Source of the DNA: Octopus sinensis
Taxonomy: Eukaryota
Assembly (NCBI RefSeq): GCF_006345805.1
Contig: NC_043014.1
Location: 9,052,001 to 9,116,000 of the forward strand
DNA: 64,000 nucleotides
Direction of reading: 5' to 3'
The notes under the pieces are model-generated. The model did not search any database. It saw nothing but the letters and a program-made list of their open reading frames with translations, and was not told the origin of the DNA. Below, piece by piece: positions 1 through 12,229 of the stretch (position 1 is the first letter of the stretch; each line of letters starts with the position of its first letter). The translations under genes were made by a program, and so were the position numbers.

Positions 1-435
1 CAGCTGGTCAAATGCAGTAATTTTCAAAATGCAGTAATCAAATTGTATACTGCAGTGCATTAGCATGCATTAAAGCAAAACTTCTCAAAATGACACGCAA
101 CAATATTAACGAAACATTTTGACTCCATTTTCCTTTTCCAAATAGAGTTTCCGGTTATATATATATATTTCATCGCTTTGTTATTAGATTTAAAACGTAT
201 AAAAGCAACATTATTTTAGTAAATATGTCACCTTGCCCATCTCTTTCAAAGCCTTGAAACCCTATAGGAAACATTATATTGAGAGATAAATAAAATAAAT
301 TTAATCGGTGAATACATTTAATAAGTGAACGAGCATCATTTATATATCCCACATCTATTAACCCCCTCCCCCCCATATATATATATATATAATTATATGT
401 TACGGGTGAAGATATTTTGTACGTATATGATGATG

Positions 436-673
436 TAGGCGCAGAAGTGGCTGTGTGGAAAGAAGGTCGATTGCCAACCACATGATTCCGGGTTCAGTCC
501 CACTGCGTGGCATTTCGAGCAAGTGTCTTCTACTATACCCTCGGGCCGACGAAAGCCTTGTGAGTAGACTGAAAGAAGCTCGTCGTGTGTATATATATAT
601 ATATATATTATATATATATATATAATATAATATATATATATATATGTATATATATATATGTATATATATACAT

Positions 674-748
<75 letters not shown>

Positions 749-912
749 CAACCGATGCTGGTGTGTTTAAGACCCCATAACTTAGCAGTTCGGCAAAAGA
801 GGCTGATAGAATAAGTACAAGGGTAACAAAGAATAAATCCTGGGGTCGATTTGTTTGACTAAAAGGCTGTGCTCCATCATGACCGCAGTCAAATGACTGA
901 AACAAAAATAAA
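436..912 (+). mobile_element. SINE family A (tRNA-like head, CORE-like segment, internal microsatellite, 3' body)
   Basis: Head ggcgcagaagtggctgtgtgg with B-box-like ggttcagtccc; internal (TA)n(TG)n; 3' body ending gactgaaacaa. About ten homologous copies in the window. Confidence 0.85.
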
Positions 913-1056
913 TAATAAAGAATATGTACGCATATAGGAGTAAATGCGTGTAAATAATTGTGAACGTTCCTGTGGGTGCGTATATATATATATATATATA
1001 TATGTATATACGAATATATGTATATGTAGCTGTATATATATATGAATATTTATATA

Positions 1057-1314
1057 TATTAGTCATACGATATAGTGTATATTTAAACACATAAGGAATC
1101 CACTTATATGGATTCTACACGCTAGAAAGAACAGCTAGGTTCTATAACCACAAAAATTGGGGATAAAATTCGACAGGAATTTAAATATACACTATATCGT
1201 ATGACTAATACATAGTCTTTTTGACTAAATTTTTTTACACGTTAGACCACTGGAAGTGTAAATTTTAATTAAATTTTAAAAATTTTAATTAAATTCCATT
1301 TCCCTTGATATGAT

Positions 1315-1315
<1 letters not shown>
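1057..1315. mobile_element. Short element: 31-bp perfect inverted repeat plus agaccactgg terminal module
   Basis: 1057-1087 is the exact reverse complement of 1180-1210; downstream module resembles 1352-1410 (reverse) and 47940-48010. Confidence 0.55.
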
Positions 1316-1351
<36 letters not shown>

Positions 1352-1358
<7 letters not shown>

Positions 1359-1637
1359 TAATTAAGGGTAGAAATTGATATTAGCCATTAAAACCAGTGG
1401 TCTAGCATATCAAAAAGAATCCGAAGATTAAAATATTTATATATACCAATTAAGGACTGAACACGAAAAGTGGACAGTCAACATGCTAGATATAGACATC
1501 AAATCGCCATTCTCCACAAAGAGTATGTTCTCAAATAAAACTCAGCACAAAACCAAAGCATTAAACAGGACAAATGAAAATATACGAAATAAAATAATTA
1601 TCCACTTTTCGTGTTCAGTCCTTAATTGGTATATATA
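1352..1637. mobile_element. Short element: terminal module plus 37-bp perfect inverted repeat
   Basis: 1438-1474 is the reverse complement of 1601-1637; spacer homologous to that of 47754-48020. Confidence 0.55.
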
Positions 1638-1721
1638 TATTTATGTGTGTGTGTGTGTGTATGTATGTCTAATATATATGTGTATATGTATGGCTAATCG
1701 ATTATGTGCGTAACTAGTTGG

Positions 1722-1800
1722 TACCTATTTCATCAAAACCCGAAAGGATGAAAGACAAAGTCGACCATAACGGAATCTTGAACTCAGAACGCAAAGCCGG
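1722..1800 (-). mobile_element. SINE family E fragment
   Basis: cgaaaggatgaaagacaaagtcgac...gaactcagaacg matches other E copies. Confidence 0.65.
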
Positions 1801-2544
1801 AATCCGATATATATATATAATAATAACAATTATATACAAAGCTAATTTAGCTCTAGGTATGAAATCGATTTGAATACTAAAAGAGAAAGAAAGCGATATC
1901 TCGGCAACAGTGACCTTTGCTTCAACTTCACCTCCAGTGAAGTTACACAATGAAGAGGAACTGAAACACGATATTCATTAAAAGCTGTCTCATATCAAAG
2001 AAAGACACAAGAAATGAAAGAGTGAGAGCATAGAAGTGCGAGTCTAGCCTCTCCAGACATTCTCTAATAGCTGTCTAATGGTTTTATTTGTTTCATCGCT
2101 GCAGTGTGTATTTTTTCCCTTTCTTTTCTCTTCTCTTTCTTTTCCGACCAGAACAAAAGAAAAAAGAGAGGAATAACTAATACATCTCCATCATTAGTCT
2201 ACACCACTTGGTCAAAATCTGACAGCTGACACGTTATTATATAGCGAAACAGTAATATCTGTGTCAACGACCAGCTCAGATGTGTATAATGAACGACGTT
2301 GATAAGGAGCAGCGTTAGTAATCACCATCTTGTCCCAAAGAAGTCAATTAGAGTTGTCAGTTCTTAGAGAGAAGCTGCACTCAGAAGAAACAATAAAAAC
2401 GAAATCGAAAACACAAATCCCCACAAGGCTGGCTCCTCTGCACAGCCCCTGACTAGCAGAAGCTTCTTGATTTGGTAGACAACTGATGTTTTCACAACAC
2501 ATAGTTCTAACCTGTTGTGAACGCAAGTTCTCAACAGGTTAGAA

Positions 2545-2778
2545 CACCGACAATAACAACAAAAATGGTTTCAAATTTTGACACAAGGCCAGCAAGTTCA
2601 GGGAGAGGTTTGATTGGTTAATTCGATCCCAGTGCATAAATGCTAGTCGTCTTATCGATCGCGAAAGGATGAAAGGTAATGTCGACGTCGGCGGGATTTG
2701 AACGCAGAACGTAAAGACTGACAAAATACTGCTAAGCATTCTGGGCGGCGTCCTAACGATTCTGCCAGCTCACCGCCT
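2545..2778 (-). mobile_element. SINE family E, alternative 3' tail, diverged
   Basis: Head ...ctgccagctcaccgcc and central gaaaggatgaaagg module; tail differs from the main E tail. Confidence 0.75.
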
Positions 2779-2943
2779 TAATAACAATACTAATAATAAT
2801 AATAATAATAATAATAATATAATAATAATAATAATAATCATAATAATAATATTAATAATAATAATAATAATAAATAATAATAATAATAATATAATAATAA
2901 TAATAATAATAATAATATAATAATATTAATAATAATAATAATA
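2778..2943. repeat. (TAA)n microsatellite
   Basis: Direct inspection. Confidence 0.95.
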
Positions 2944-3885
2944 AGAAGATGAAGAAACAACCAAAAGGTATAAAACAAATGAATCCAAACTAAAAATAGA
3001 ACAGCAACGAACCATGATAAAACGATGGCAAGAAAAGCCCCTTCATGGTAAATACTGGACTAACTAAACGCAAAAGAAATAGACAAGAAAAAATCCCAGC
3101 AATGGTTGAGAAGCTCAGGACTCAAGCAGCAGAAACAGAGGGATTTTTAATTGCAGCACAAGACCAAAGCCTCCCCACAGAAATTACCAAAAACATGTAA
3201 TGAAAAGAAATATTACAAGTAACTGCAGAAATTGGAGATGGACAAGAAACAATAAATCATATTATCTCTGGCTGCCCAGTCCTGGCTAAGAAGGAATATA
3301 TTCACAGACAATGACAGAGTGGAACCTACATACATTGGAAGCTATGCCAACATTATGGAATAACAACAGAAAAAAGATGGTATAGGCACACACCAGAAAA
3401 GGTCACAGAAAACGAGAAAGCAACCATACTCTGGGATATGCCGATACACACAGATAGAGAAATTAAGGCCAACAGACCAGATATAGTTGTCAGAGACCAT
3501 GAAGAAGAAAAAATGCTTTCTAATTGATGTATCAATACGGCTGATGACAACGTGTCTCTAAAAGAATGGAGAAACTCTCAAAATACAAAGACCTGGAAAT
3601 AGAGGTAACTAGAATGTGGAATTTGAAAACAGAAACAATTCCTATCATAGTAGGTGCATTAGGCATGATAAAAAAATATTCAGACAAATAATAACAAAAA
3701 ACCAGGACTTACAAACACATATAACATACAGAAAATTGCACTACTAGGCACTGCACACATCCTACGCAGAACACTTTCCATACAATAACCATCAGAGCAT
3801 CACAACAAATCACAGCACATACCCAAGGCACACAGAGCTGCGCTCGGTAGTGAAGTGAAAGCACGCTATAAAAATAAAACTACTG
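2944..3885 (+). mobile_element. R4/Dong-clade non-LTR retrotransposon, 5'-truncated and frameshifted (CCHC knuckle plus restriction-like endonuclease, 3' UTR)
   Basis: Manual translation across frameshifts gives WQEKPLHGKYW, FLIAAQDQSL, C..CGDGQETINHIISGCPVLAKKEY, ILWDMPIHTDREIKANRPDIVV, KYKDLEIEVTRMWNLK, KIALLGTAHILRRTLS*; (TAA)n on both sides. Confidence 0.85.
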
Positions 3886-3899
3886 AATAATAATAATAA

Positions 3900-3950
<51 letters not shown>

Positions 3951-4065
3951 TATAATAATAATAATTATAATGATAATAATTATAATGATAATAATAATGA
4001 TAATAATAATAATAATAGTGACAATGATAATGACAATAATAATAATAATAATTATAATAATAATA

Positions 4066-4098
<33 letters not shown>

Positions 4099-4237
4099 TA
4101 TGATAATAATATGACAATAATAATAATAATAATAATAATAAATAATAATAATAATATAATAATATAATAATATAATATAATAATAATAATAATATAATAA
4201 TAATAATAATAATATAATAATAATAATAATAATAATA
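3886..4237. repeat. (TAA)n microsatellite
   Basis: Direct inspection; source of ORFs 3970-4167 and 4052-4255. Confidence 0.95.
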
Positions 4238-4680
4238 TCCTGTGGGGTGTAACATCCAGTAGGATCACCTGACCAGGGATAGGAAACTGGACGTTATTGT
4301 GGTGTATAAAAAAGAAGGAACATATATGATTATCAACGTAGCATGCCCCCGTGACAGCAGGATCAATGTGAAAGAAAAAATAAACAACTATGACGATTTA
4401 AAGTGGGAAATACGAAGGTTGTGGTCAATGAAGAGAGTAGACGTGATACCAGGAGTAATTAGTGAACTTGGGAATATCAGCACTCACCTACCAGCATGGT
4501 TGAAAAAGATCGGTGCAAGTGTGAAAGTAGAACGCCTACAAAAATCAACATTGCTTGTAACTGCAGGAATTCTTCGCAGGGTTCTTCAAGCATGACCAGT
4601 AAACAAGTGTCACCTTACTCTGCTGGGTGTGGACAACTGATACTTTCCATGATACCCAGCAAAATAAGCTGTGAGTTTTC
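4238..4680 (+). mobile_element. Second, divergent R4/Dong-type endonuclease fragment
   Basis: ORF 4299-4595: IINVACPRDSRI...YDDLKWEIRRLWSMKRVDVIP...LQKSTLLVTAGILRRVL, collinear with the end of the 2944-3885 ORF. Confidence 0.75.
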
Positions 4681-4995
4681 ATACAGCAAATATTCTGCTC
4701 AATACCACAGATTTGCTTGTCAGTTGTTTGACCTCAACCAGTTGAGCATGTGCCTCGGTGGCTGATGATATGTGCATCTCTGATCACGAGCAGAAGTAGT
4801 GGGGGAGCATCATAGCAATGTGTTGAAAGGAATTCGTTAGGGTTTGAATAATTTACCTCTGGAAACATGGGTGTTTCGTTCAACATCCTTAAACGACCCT
4901 TATTCAGGGACCATTTGATTGTAATGGGGTACTCGACCCGAAGAAAATTCTGACTGGGTGCCGTCTGCAAGGTTATGCGCTGTGCCTTGTGCCTA
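4681..4995 (+). mobile_element. Dispersed repeat of a (TAA)n-tailed family, unclassified
   Basis: 4900-4985 overlaps in sequence with the reverse complement of 52078-52296. Confidence 0.5.
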
Positions 4996-5110
4996 GAGTA
5001 GAAAAGAATATATGTAAGACTTTCCAAAAAGTTTAGCGTATATGTCCACATTCACATGTCTAGACATGCAACTGTAAGTATGAGTTTGCATACAGATCTG
5101 TACATATACT

Positions 5111-5316
5111 AACGCCGGGCGAAATGCGTAGCCGTATTTCGTCTGCCGTTACGTTCTGGGTTCAAATTCCGCCGAGGTCGACTTTGCCTTTCATCCTTTC
5201 GGGGTCGATAAATTAAGTACCAGTTACGCACTGGGGTTGATGTAATCGACTTAATCCGTTTGTCTGTCCTTGTTTGTCCCCTCTGTGTTTAGCCCCTTGT
5301 GGGTAGTAAAGAAATA
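5111..5316 (+). mobile_element. SINE family E (tRNA-like head, Nin-like central domain), 5'-truncated
   Basis: gttcaaattcc B box; ttgcctttcatcctttcggggtcgataaattaagtaccag resembles the Nin/Inv domain as I recall it; tail gtagtaaagaaata. Confidence 0.85.
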
Positions 5317-5439
5317 TGTACACACATACATGCACATCCATTTGTTGATTTTGCTGAAATTCCTGTGAAAGAGTCTTAAATCTACGTTCGAAACCGGCTC
5401 TTTCCCTATTGTCAAGAAATGTAGAAATAAACTAAATAA

Positions 5440-6005
5440 TAACATACATGCACTTACATATATACACACATACATACGTGCAAACATACATATAAACTAC
5501 GTTCATACATATATACACACATACAAACATACACGCACTTACATATATACACACATACATACAAACATACATGCACTTACATATATACACACATACAAAC
5601 ATACATGCACTTACATATATACACACATACATACAAACATACATGCACTTACATACATACACACATACATACAAACATACATGCACTTACATACATACAC
5701 ACATACATACAAACATATGTGCACTTACATATATATATATATACATACATACAAACATACATATAAACTACGCTCATACATATATACACACATACACGCA
5801 TACATACATACATGAATACAAATACACACATATGTGCACTTACATATATACACACATACAGGCATACATGCATACATATGCACACATACATGCACTTACA
5901 TATATACACACATACATACGTACAAACACATATAAACTACGTTCATACATATATACACACATACATGCATACATATATACATACATGAATACATATACAC
6001 ACATA
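5440..6005. repeat. (ACAT)-based compound minisatellite
   Basis: Recurring acatacatgcacttacatatatacacac units. Confidence 0.9.
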
Positions 6006-6888
6006 TGTGCGGGCGAACGACGCAGTGATGTGTTCAAAGAACCCTCTGATTAGTTCATTAAAATTATTTGATATCCTTCAAACGATGTCGCGGTTTGTAC
6101 CATATAACAAAATGGAGAAACCTCATTAGTTCATATCCTGAGAATTTATTCATATATTCTTCACTTTATGTCAGAAATATGATTAATGACTTTACGTAAT
6201 AAATTTTATATACATAAGAATCCATTGTTGATAAGTATTTTGCTTCGATGTTGAAAAGAGCCATATTAGTAAATTGTAAAGACTGCCATTTAAATCGATG
6301 ACATCTAAATAAGATTTTCTCTGTTAAATTCACAATATATAATTATAGAAGTTAACTTATATCAAATCCTAAACTAATTACAATCAATTTAATTATCAAC
6401 AGCCTTTCATATATAAGTAGCTTTTCGATATTATATCATCTTGATCAGTATATACATATATTTGTATATTTGTGCGTAATGAATAGGATTTAGGCTTGTG
6501 ATTATGTATTTGTTCGGCTGTCTATTTTCATTGTCTATCACTCTAATATGCAGCAATTAATACACACATATAAATACATGCAAGATTAAACTATTATCGC
6601 ATATATGTAGGTAATACTATTATACTAATATACTTACAATGAGAAATTTGTATGCAGTCTAGATTTTCATTTGTGTCTATCATCGTAAGCTGTACTGGGC
6701 TGCGTAAAAGACTAGAAATACAGTTTCTGTAAGAAAGTAGATGGTAAACTCATTTGCATTCTTCAAATAGGTGGGATAGTTACAATGTGATTTTGCGCAA
6801 TCCGGACCACCTCTCTCCTCTAGCTACAAACACATAATACTTATTGTATTCCCTTTCCTGAACACTTTCATGTAAACTGTTTTTAAAC

Positions 6889-7139
6889 TAATAGTTATCG
6901 CCATACTAATATGGCATTCTTATAAAAATAAGAAAAAAGCTGTCCGCTTATTAGCTCCATGAGGCCATCGCCTTAAGTTAGCTATTTGATACACAAACTG
7001 TATCCATATAACCTTCGAACAAGGATACAGTTTGTGTATCAAATAGCTAACTTAAGGCGATGGCCTCATGGAGCTAATAAACGGACAGCTTTATTCTTAT
7101 TTTTATAAGAATGCCATATTAGTATGGCGATAACTATTA
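6889..7139. mobile_element. Fold-back MITE-like element with TA flanks
   Basis: Arms about 6889-7005 and 7023-7139, two mismatches seen, 17-nt spacer. Confidence 0.75.
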
Positions 7140-7275
7140 TTTTCCGGGAACGCTGCCGTTGTTCTCTTTTAGAGAGACTTAGTAATTTTAATATTTCTAT
7201 TATGTTTTTAAACTTTTCTCATCATTATCAAAGACTGTATAACTGTATTTTAATACTTATGTGATAACCATTTTT

Positions 7276-7313
<38 letters not shown>

Positions 7314-7359
7314 AATTATTCAGTTTATCATTTAAATATATATGACATGTCTAGATAAT

Positions 7360-7420
<61 letters not shown>

Positions 7421-7422
<2 letters not shown>

Positions 7423-7655
7423 ATTTGTTACTCGTGCCTGTGTTTATCCATCCATCATCGCCTGACAACCGATGTTGGTGTGTTTACGTTCCCATCAGTT
7501 AGCGGTTCGGCAAAAAACGTCCGATAGAATAAGTACAAGGCTTACAAAGAATAAGTCCTGGGGGTCGATTTGTTAGACTAAAGGAAGTGCTCCAGCATGG
7601 CCGCAGTCAACTAACTGAAGCAAGTAAAAGAATAACACAATGTATATATATATAT

Positions 7656-7708
<53 letters not shown>

Positions 7709-7925
7709 TGTATGTATTTGTTACTCGTGCCTGTGTTTATCCATCCATCATCGCCTGACAACCGATGTTGGTGTGTTTACGTTCCCATCAGTTAGCGGTT
7801 CGGCAAAAAACGTCCGATAGAATAAGTACAAGGCTTACAAAGAATAAGTCCTGGGGGTCGATTTGTTAGACTAAAGGAAGTGCTCCAGCATGGCCGCAGT
7901 CAACTAACTGAAGCAAGTAAAAGAA
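7421..7925 (+). repeat. Tandem duplication (293-bp period) of a SINE A 3' half plus microsatellite
   Basis: 7421-7632 and 7714-7925 appear identical. Confidence 0.85.
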
Positions 7926-7935
7926 TAACACAATG

Positions 7936-7968
<33 letters not shown>

Positions 7969-9435
7969 GTATGTATATATGTATATATATATATACACAC
8001 ATACATACATATACATACATACATATACACACACACGAAGAAACTGACAGAATAAGTACCAGGCTTATCAAAAAAACTCACTAGACAGTGTCTCATATTT
8101 TTGTTTGCCCACTCAGTTGTATCTATCAATTTTTCTTTGTATATATATATATATATATATAACACCCTAATGAGGGTCTTAACTCCTAAAATCATTTCTT
8201 TTATGATCCAAAACTAGGTCAAAAGTACTGAAATTTGGAAATTATATTCTATGCATAAGGGCCATAACCCCCATGACAATTCATATATTTTTCCTTTTGA
8301 TGAAATTTAAACCATAGATATTAGACACAAATGAAGTAATTTTTTATAAAATTTCATCTTCTTACAAGTTAGAAAGACCCTTCTATGGGGACTTAACACC
8401 CACAATTTTGTCATTTTATCTAAGCAAAAACGAATACAGTGGTGCTCTTGGAAGCTGTAGGGTTACCCGGACATAAAAGATGAGCATTATTTGTAATTCA
8501 ATAGTACAACAGTGTAATAGTTTGCTTTCACATACACTTACATTGTGATTTCTGTAATGTGATGCATAAATTGTCAAGTAAACGAGAGGCATCTTTGCCG
8601 CCACAGATTCAGTTGCAAAGTGTTGAGTAAAGTTATTTGGTTGCAGACCTCCTCTCAGTCTTTTTATAATCACTGGCTCACACATAGTCCCCAGATGGTA
8701 ACATTGATTTCAAGGCCTTCCCAGATGAGTGACTGGTTATTCAAAGACATTTATAGATTGCAAATTTATTCTGTCCAATTACGTATCAGTATAGTGGTCA
8801 TTTGCAAACTCCAGAGATGACACTTTCATTTCTCCTTAGCCTTCACGTCACACAGTTGTTAATGTTTATTTCAGTTGGGTCACGCCCTTCCAATTGCTAT
8901 AGATTCGTAATGCATCTTACGACTGTGCCTGTCACCTGAATGGTGAGGAATTCTACATTGGGAGTGGTAACGACTAGGGTAGGATAGCTGACTGCTTATT
9001 GTGATCATTCGTCTTTTGGTTTCCTGTAGCTTTGCTCTCTTTTACAAACCCAGTGAACATATATTTCCTATTTCAAAGAAGTTCAAACAATAGACATAAG
9101 ACCCAAGTTAAAAAGATTCTCAACAATTCAACTTCTCTAGTTGACATTAAGACACCCACTCCCGACAGGGGCCTTAACTCTCACATTTTAGAGCTCCATG
9201 ACCTTCATTTTTCAAAAGCAAAATTCTTTTAACAGGTTCAATAAGACTGGAATTTTAGAATATGCGCATAAAAATCAGTAGTATGGGATACATCTGACAC
9301 GATTGGAAATTTTTTTAGGGTATGTAAAGAGGGAAATATCCCTCATCTGCAATTTTGATGAAATTCGAAACATAGATATTCCAGTTCATTACAGAAAATA
9401 AAGCAGAAAAGTCTAATTCTTCAATTGCATGTTAC

Positions 9436-9464
9436 ACGAGCAACGCCGGGTATCTCATGCTAGA
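9436..9464 (+). mobile_element. Helitron-like 3' terminus
   Basis: gagcaacgccgggtatctcatgCTAG, like the 3' end at 51541-51565; upstream extent unknown. Confidence 0.5.
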
Positions 9465-9983
9465 ATTTATATATATATATATATTATATATATATATACA
9501 TACATACATATATACATATATGTTTACTGAATATTTAGGGTAAACGGATAGCTGTAGATTCTTGAAAATATTTAAGCGATAAGCTGTTACGTTTAATAAA
9601 TAATTAATTGAGGTAGAAATAATAAAAGTGTTGAGAACAAAATCAATGAAACAACTTCTTATCTAGTATTTATAGAAGTTTAAACAGTTTTCAAAGGGTT
9701 AACTAGTTTTAAATATACGTAAAAAAAATCATACCTTGAAAAAATTGTAAAAATAAACGCTGAAAAGTTCTAAATATTACGTATTCGATCAATATTAAAT
9801 ATAACAAGTGAATCGATGGATAAAGGTCTTTGAATTATAAAAAGATTTAATATGGAATCGAATTATAAGTTATATGTAGGAAAGGATGGACGATATGCTA
9901 GAAAAAGATATTTTTCAAGTACAGGAGAATAATTGGAACGGGCAGAGTCTATCTGTCTGCCTGTCTATCTGTCTGCCTGTCTA

Positions 9984-10042
<59 letters not shown>

Positions 10043-10173
10043 GTATACACCCGTGACTAAAGAAGCCAAATTGTTATTACATATATGTGTGTGAGTTCGT
10101 GCCTCTATGTGAGTGTTTGTATGCGTGTCTGTGCGTGTGAATGTGTGTATATATAAATATATATATATAAATT

Positions 10174-10418
10174 AGGTTCCTTCTCGAGCCATGCCACGCT
10201 CATAAGGGCCGATTTCCCGGTTTCAGCGGAGTAGAAATTCCCCACCTGGACGGGACGCCAGTCCGTGGCAGTATTGCTAATTTTTGTCAGCGGAGTGGAC
10301 TGGAGCAGGGTGAAAATGAAGTGTTTTGCTCAAGAACACAACGCATCGCCCGATCCTGGAATCGAAACCACAACTTTACGATCATGAGTTCAACACCCTA
10401 ACCACTAAGCCACGCGCC

Positions 10419-10421
<3 letters not shown>
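10174..10421 (-). mobile_element. SINE D (head 2, CORE-like segment, tail 2)
   Basis: Minus strand gaaggcgcgtggcttagtggttaggg...cttatgagcgtggcatggctcgagaaggaac. Confidence 0.8.
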
Positions 10422-10459
<38 letters not shown>

Positions 10460-10853
10460 ACACACATACATATCTGTATGTTTATAATATGCTTAAACTA
10501 AAGAAGATGAGAAGAACATAGAAGCCAAACAATCGAGGATGAAACCTTAAAATTCAAAATATAAGCGAGTAAATTTAATAAAGAATTAGTAATTTTTTTT
10601 CCCGTGAAGAAATGAGTGGGAGGTGGCTAAATTCGTTTGTATGGGCAGGAAATGATTGCAAAAAGCATATTTTTAGAAAAATGCTAAACTTATTAGGATT
10701 AGTAAAAATTCAAAATAAGAAAAATATTAAAATTATTATAAGTTGATAAAGCAATAACGAGATAAGAAAAGACAGAATAGTACGAGAAATATAATTCGAA
10801 AGTAAAACATAATTTGATTGTAGTGAAATAGATTAAATTATGATATCAAATAT

Positions 10854-11238
10854 GGAAGCACTCCGTCGGTTACGACGACGAGGGTTCCGGTTGATCCGAA
10901 TCAACGGAACAGCCTGCTCGTGAAATTAACGTGCAAGTGGCTGAGCACTCCACAGACACGTGTACCCTTAACGTAGTTCTCGGGGATATTCAGCGTGACA
11001 CAGAGCGTGACAAGGCCGGCCCTTTGAAGTACAGGTACAACAGAAACAGGAAGTAAGAGTGAGAGAAAGTTGTGATGAAAGAGTACAGCAGGGATCACCA
11101 CCATCCCCTGCCGGAGCCTCGTGGAGCTTTTAGGTGTTTTCGCTCAATAAACACTCACAACGCCCGGTCTGGGAATCGAAACAACGATCCTATGACCGCG
11201 TGTCCGCTGCCCTAACCACTGGGCCATTGCGCCTCCAC
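10854..11238 (-). mobile_element. SINE B (head 1, tail 1), full length, 11-bp TSD
   Basis: TSD atatcaaatat at 10843-10853 and 11241-11251; high similarity to 55829-56210. Confidence 0.9.
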
Positions 11239-11375
11239 TAATATCAAATATACGTACTGTAACGCTGGGGATTCATATAATTTAACGGATGAAGGCGGAT
11301 TTAAAAATATAGTAAGTGCGAATTTGGGGGATTTAGTAAGAATAAGTTTCAACTTTAAATTATATATTCAGAAAT

Positions 11376-11640
11376 CTATTATATAAAATCCGTTCTGTCT
11401 ATCTGTCTGTGTGTCTTCTAGGATCTCGGGCATCCTCCATCTGATTGCGCTCAAATTTGATATGTAGATGCCGACGGTATCAGGGCGTGTATAAAGTCTT
11501 GAAAAAAATTTCAAAAATCGATTCCAGGTGAGAATGCGATCGATAAAGCCGCGGAAACATGCATTTGTACGCGCAAGTACATCAGTCGAAATCAGTCTTT
11601 TGCTGGTGTCTCAAATTTAGGTTAAATCAGTGTTTCTCAA
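11376..11640 (+). mobile_element. Probable non-autonomous Helitron 5' part
   Basis: tctattatataaaa start followed by ctgtct repeats, like 51196; no 3' end found. Confidence 0.4.
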
Positions 11641-11856
11641 GGGGGGGGGGGGCTATGGGGCGGTCGGACAAGTTGTTTTGAGAAAATTTGGTTTCAATGT
11701 TTGACAACTCAGCACCGTCCATTAGACGGGGGCGTTTTGCTCGTGTTTAATATTAGAGTAAATGAAGGAAAGGTAATTATTGGATATAATTGGGAGCTTA
11801 TTTGGATTGAGAAATGTTTCTCCAAGAATTCAATGAAAAGTCAAGAAAAGAAGTCA

Positions 11857-12022
11857 TAGGCGTAGGAGTGGCTGTGTGGTAAGTAGCTTGCTTACCAACC
11901 ACATGGTTCCGGGTTCAGTCCCACTGGGTGGCACCTTGGGCAAAGTGTCTTCTGCTATAGCCCCGGGCCGACCAAAGCCTTGTGAGTGGATTTGGCAGAC
12001 GGAAATTGAAAGAAGCCCGTCG

Positions 12023-12056
<34 letters not shown>

Positions 12057-12229
12057 TGTTTGTGTGTCTGTGTTTGTCCCCCCCCCCCCAACATCGCTTG
12101 ACAGCCGATGCTGGTGTGTTTACGTCCCCGTAACTTAGCGGTTCGGCAAAAGTGACCGATAGAATAAGTACTAGGCTTACAAAGAATAAGTCCTGGGGTC
12201 GATTTGCCTGGCTAAAGGCGGTGCTCCAG
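11857..12229 (+). mobile_element. SINE family A, 3' end truncated
   Basis: Homology to other A copies up to gtgctccag. Confidence 0.88.
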
